From assembly GCA_963849325.1 (NCBI GenBank), contig CAWKHF010000010.1:224001-288000 (forward strand): a DNA stretch of 64,000 bases, read 5' to 3'. A program made the translations under genes and the position numbers. The DNA is from an uncultured Planctomycetota bacterium. Its GTDB lineage: Bacteria; Planctomycetota; Planctomycetia; Gemmatales; Gemmataceae. The stretch's first letter is position 1. Each line of letters begins with the position of its first letter. Positions 61,144 through 64,000 of this stretch are shown here, one piece after another. The notes beneath the pieces were generated by a model, which had not been told where the DNA came from, did not search any database, and saw only the letters and a program-made list of their open reading frames with translations.

Positions 61144-62538
61144 TCAGGCCCGAACAATCCGCCCTTCGACATTTCGGACGCCGCGTGTCGCATTCCGTGT
61201 ATCCACAACGAGAGGGGCGTGCTCCACAATTCGCTCCCAGTCATACGCCGAGTGGTCGGTCACGATGACGACGCAGTCCCGCGTCCGCAGATATTCCGGC
61301 GTCAACTCCTGGCTTCTCATCTCCAGGGTGGGGTGGCGTCGGGTCCGCGGCAGCTGGGGGATGTGCGGGTCGTTGTAGTGGACGACGGCACCCTTGCGCA
61401 GCAACAGCTCCATCAATTCCAGGCCCGGCGACTCGCGCGAGTCGTCCACGTCCTTCTTGTAGGCCACGCCGAGCAGGGTGATCTTGCTGCCGCGAACCGG
61501 CTTGCCGCGGTCGTTCAGCGCGTCGCTGATCCGTCCCACGACATACGTGGGCATGGCGGTGTTGATCTCGCCGGCCAACTCGATGAAGCGCGTGTTGAGT
61601 CCGTGCTTGCGGGCCGCCCAGCTGAGGTAGAACGGATCGATGGGGATGCAGTGTCCGCCCAGGCCGGGACCGGGATAGAAGGCCTGGAAGCCGAACGGCT
61701 TGGTCTTGGCCGCCTCGATCACCTCCCAGACGTCGATGCCCATGCGTTCGTAAAGCACCTTCAGCTCGTTGACCAGGGCGATGTTGACGGCCCGATAGGT
61801 GTTCTCCAGGATCTTGCACGCCTCGGCGACTTCGGGACTGGAGACGCGAACGATAGCGGTCATCGCCTGGCCGTACAGGCTGGCGGCGAGTTCGAGACTG
61901 CGCGGCTCGATGCCGCCCACCACCTTGGGAATGGTCGGTGCCGAGAATTGCGGGTTGCCGGGATCCTCGCGCTCCGGGCTGAAGGCCAGGAAGAAGTCGG
62001 TGCCGACGCGCAAGCCGTGCCTTTCCAGGATCGGCAGAACGACCTGCCGCGTGGTCCCCGGATAGGTGGTGCTCTCCAGCACGATCAGCTGTCCCGGCCG
62101 CAGGCAGGCGGCGACGGCCTCGGTGGAACTGGTCACGAAGCTGAGGTCCGGTTCGCGCGCCTCGGTCAAGGGCGTAGGGACGCAGATCAACACGGCGTCC
62201 GCTTCGGCCAGGCGCTGGAAACGGTCGGTGGCCTCGAAGCCGTTCGCGCTCATCTCGACGATGGCCGCGTCCGGGATGTGGCCGATGTAGCTCTCGCCGC
62301 GTCGCAGCTGCACGACCTTGGCGGCGTCGATGTCGAAGCCGAGGACCGAATAGCCTTTGGCGGTGAAGGCGCGCGCCAGAGGTAGGCCAACGTAGCCGAG
62401 TCCGATGATGCCGACGCGGGCCGTCTTGTCCCGGATGTGCGTGTGCAATTCGGCGAAGACGTCGTCCGGCATCGGCATGGTATCCGATTCGGGACGCGCG
62501 ATCGGGTTGGCGACAAGACTTTCGGTTGCTTGGATCAT
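61144..62538 (-). CDS. UDP-N-acetylhexosamine 6-dehydrogenase (WecC/WbpA/TviB family)
   Basis: GLGYVGLP, ICVPTP, LESTTYPGTT, FSPEREDPGN, KILENTYRAVNIA, GPGLGGHCIPIDP, AYKKDVDD.RESP. Confidence 0.93.
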   Translation of the reverse strand: MIQATESLVANPIARPESDTMPMPDDVFAELHTHIRDKTARVGIIGLGYVGLPLARAFTAKGYSVLGFDIDAAKVVQLRRGESYIGHIPDAAIVEMSANGFEATDRFQRLAEADAVLICVPTPLTEAREPDLSFVTSSTEAVAACLRPGQLIVLESTTYPGTTRQVVLPILERHGLRVGTDFFLAFSPEREDPGNPQFSAPTIPKVVGGIEPRSLELAASLYGQAMTAIVRVSSPEVAEACKILENTYRAVNIALVNELKVLYERMGIDVWEVIEAAKTKPFGFQAFYPGPGLGGHCIPIDPFYLSWAARKHGLNTRFIELAGEINTAMPTYVVGRISDALNDRGKPVRGSKITLLGVAYKKDVDDSRESPGLELMELLLRKGAVVHYNDPHIPQLPRTRRHPTLEMRSQELTPEYLRTRDCVVIVTDHSAYDWERIVEHAPLVVDTRNATRGVRNVEGRIVRA

Positions 62539-62589
62539 AAACGAACCTCTGGGACGCCGGCAAAGGACCTGTTCAACTTTCTCGTTCTG

Positions 62590-62618
62590 CCGCGCTCCGC
62601 TGCGCGTCGCGGCTAAAC
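62590..62618. repeat. Single arm of the CGTTTAGCCGCG REP-like family, copy 3
   Basis: CCGCGCTCCGCTGCGCGTCGCGGCTAAAC, identical to the right arm at 24356-24384. Confidence 0.85.
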
Positions 62619-62645
62619 AGTTCACTTTTCACTTTTCCTTGATTC

Positions 62646-64000
62646 CTACAGGCTTGCTCGATGTAGTCCTGGCTCTTCCGTGCCGCCGGTGCAGATCGTG
62701 TCCGGGGAGGCCATCTCCTGCCGGGGCTGGGGATGGGAGACGTTGTCGGCGGCCGGCGTTGGGGCGGCGAAGTCAAAATCGCGGAGAATGCGAGACAGGC
62801 GAGCGATCTTGTCCTCGATCGGTTCGCCGTCGTAGTGGCCGGCGATGTCCAGTGCGCCGATCGTGCCGCTTGGGACGGCCAGGGCAGCTGCGCACGCCAC
62901 AAGCCGGCCTCCTCTTCCGGGGCTTCGTGCGCCCGGTCCCAGCGCGCGTGATAGCCTTCGCCCAGCGAAGGAGCGTTGACGTCGAGACGGACGCGGTACA
63001 GATTCAGTGCATCCGCGGAGGCGAGAATCCTCGTCCACAGCTCGCGCCAGTCGGCGCTGCCTTGCAGACGCACCTCAATCTGGCGCGGCTCATCCGGGGG
63101 CAGCACGCGCAGCAAGGATTGTAACATCGTCCGCAGTCGTTGCGCGACCAGAGACAGTTCCGCATGGCCGAAAAGGCGCGTGGCGATCAACGTGACCACG
63201 ACGACGAGACTGCTGAGGACGACCACCGACTCGCTCCCCAGCATCTTGCCGGCGACGGCCCCGACCGCGGTGGCCAGACAGCAGCCGGAGACGACGAGCA
63301 GGACGCGACGCGGATGGACGAAACGGCGAAGCAGGCAGTGGTGCAGATGGCCGCGATCCGTACTGTAGATGCTGCGGCCGGTCAATTTGCGGCGCAGAAT
63401 GGCCGCTACCGTATCGAGAATGGGGATGGTCAGCAGCGCCGCCGGGGTTGCCAGCGCGATGGTGGCGGGGCGTTTGAGCGAGCTACCAATGGCCACGGCG
63501 CCGATGGCCAGTCCGATCAACATGCTGCCCGAGTCGCCCAGGAAGATCGTCGCGGGCGGAAAGTTGAAGTACAGGAAAGCGAGCAGGGCCGCGGCCAACG
63601 TGAAGGCCACGGCGGCGGTAACGTCGCGGCCGCCGAGCACGGCGATGGAACCGAACGAGACGCAAATGATGAGCGCCACGCTAGTCAGCAGTCCGTCCAT
63701 GCCGTCGATTAGATTCAACGAGTTGATGGCGCCCAGCAAGAAGAACGCGGTGAACGGGACGCCCATCACCCCCAGGTCGAAGTCGGCGTCGAACACGTGC
63801 ATCCGATCGATCCGCACTCCGGAGGCGATCAGCACGAAGACCGCCAGCAATTGGCCGAGCAGTTTGTGACGCCCGCGCAGCCGGCCCAGGTCGTCGAGAA
63901 GACCCACGCCGCAGATCACCACGGAAGCCAGGAGCAGCCCGATCAGATGGTCCCACGGGACGTCCGCCTGCGAGGGCAGCTTTCTGGATCGCAGGAACGC
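62646..64000 (-). CDS. WecA/MraY-family undecaprenyl-phosphate HexNAc-1-P transferase with C-terminal extension (5' end outside window; frameshift near 62880)
   Basis: GLLDD, KLLGQ, INSLNLIDGMDGL, FNFPPATIFLGDSGS, PILDT, DRGHLHH. Confidence 0.92.

Noticed and set aside
1794-62618. CRISPR array
   Set aside because: The repeats are dispersed palindromes or heptamer tandems without regularly spaced unique spacers, and there are no cas genes.
62573-62645. REP-encoded C-terminal tail (SRDAQRSA) on WecA
   Set aside because: After the indel near 62880 the plausible frame stops at 62646, so the repeat is intergenic.
2931-63869. Many long antisense or alternate-frame ORFs (e.g. 2931-3872, 10899-12602, 15772-17049, 32063-33595, 47369-48790, 61072-62385)
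   Set aside because: They are shadows of real high-GC genes on the opposite strand, with no motifs and R/A/G/P-biased composition.
1-64000. tRNA, rRNA, prophage or transposase genes
   Set aside because: None recognisable by eye; tRNAscan-SE, Rfam and ISEScan would be needed to exclude them formally.

Overview
High-GC bacterial chromosomal window, most likely a Planctomycete (Gemmataceae-like). This is inferred from the FhcB/FwdB-type C1 gene, DUF1573 paralogs, Uma2, the ECF sigma factor and characteristic palindromic repeats. The left ~33 kb is mixed housekeeping and accessory content: MetE-like C-terminus, a small HEPN/HNH/antitoxin islet, thioesterase, arylsulfatase, FdhF/YdeP + FwdB/FhcB, a ParB-like/Zn-ribbon pair, purD, sulfite reductase, Uma2, two DUF1573 genes, ComF, ECF sigma + PP2C, TPR-peptidase, nucleoside hydrolase, trpD, lexA, MFS and glpK. 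The right ~30 kb is a large Wzx/Wzy-type polysaccharide locus: an O-antigen ligase/TPR gene and Wza on the plus strand converge on a minus-strand operon of WecA, nucleotide-sugar dehydrogenase, Wzc, CpsB, Wzx, Wzy, glycosyltransferases, deacetylase, methyltransferases, heparinase II/III and WecB. At least 15 genes are split by 1-bp indels, which points to uncorrected long-read errors, so fusions and pseudogene calls need caution. Best leads: (1) an AbiU2-like HEPN RNase fused to the usual HNH-partner protein, next to an HNH nuclease and preceded by an integron attC half-site; (2) a ParB/Srx-like + Zn-ribbon two-gene module; (3) a PP2C phosphatase with a sigma-like N-terminus coupled to an ECF sigma; (4) a leader with several GGA hairpins (CsrA-like); (5) several REP-like palindrome families that supply stop codons. 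No rRNA, tRNA, CRISPR array, integrase or transposase was recognised. All family calls come from reading motifs, not from database searches.
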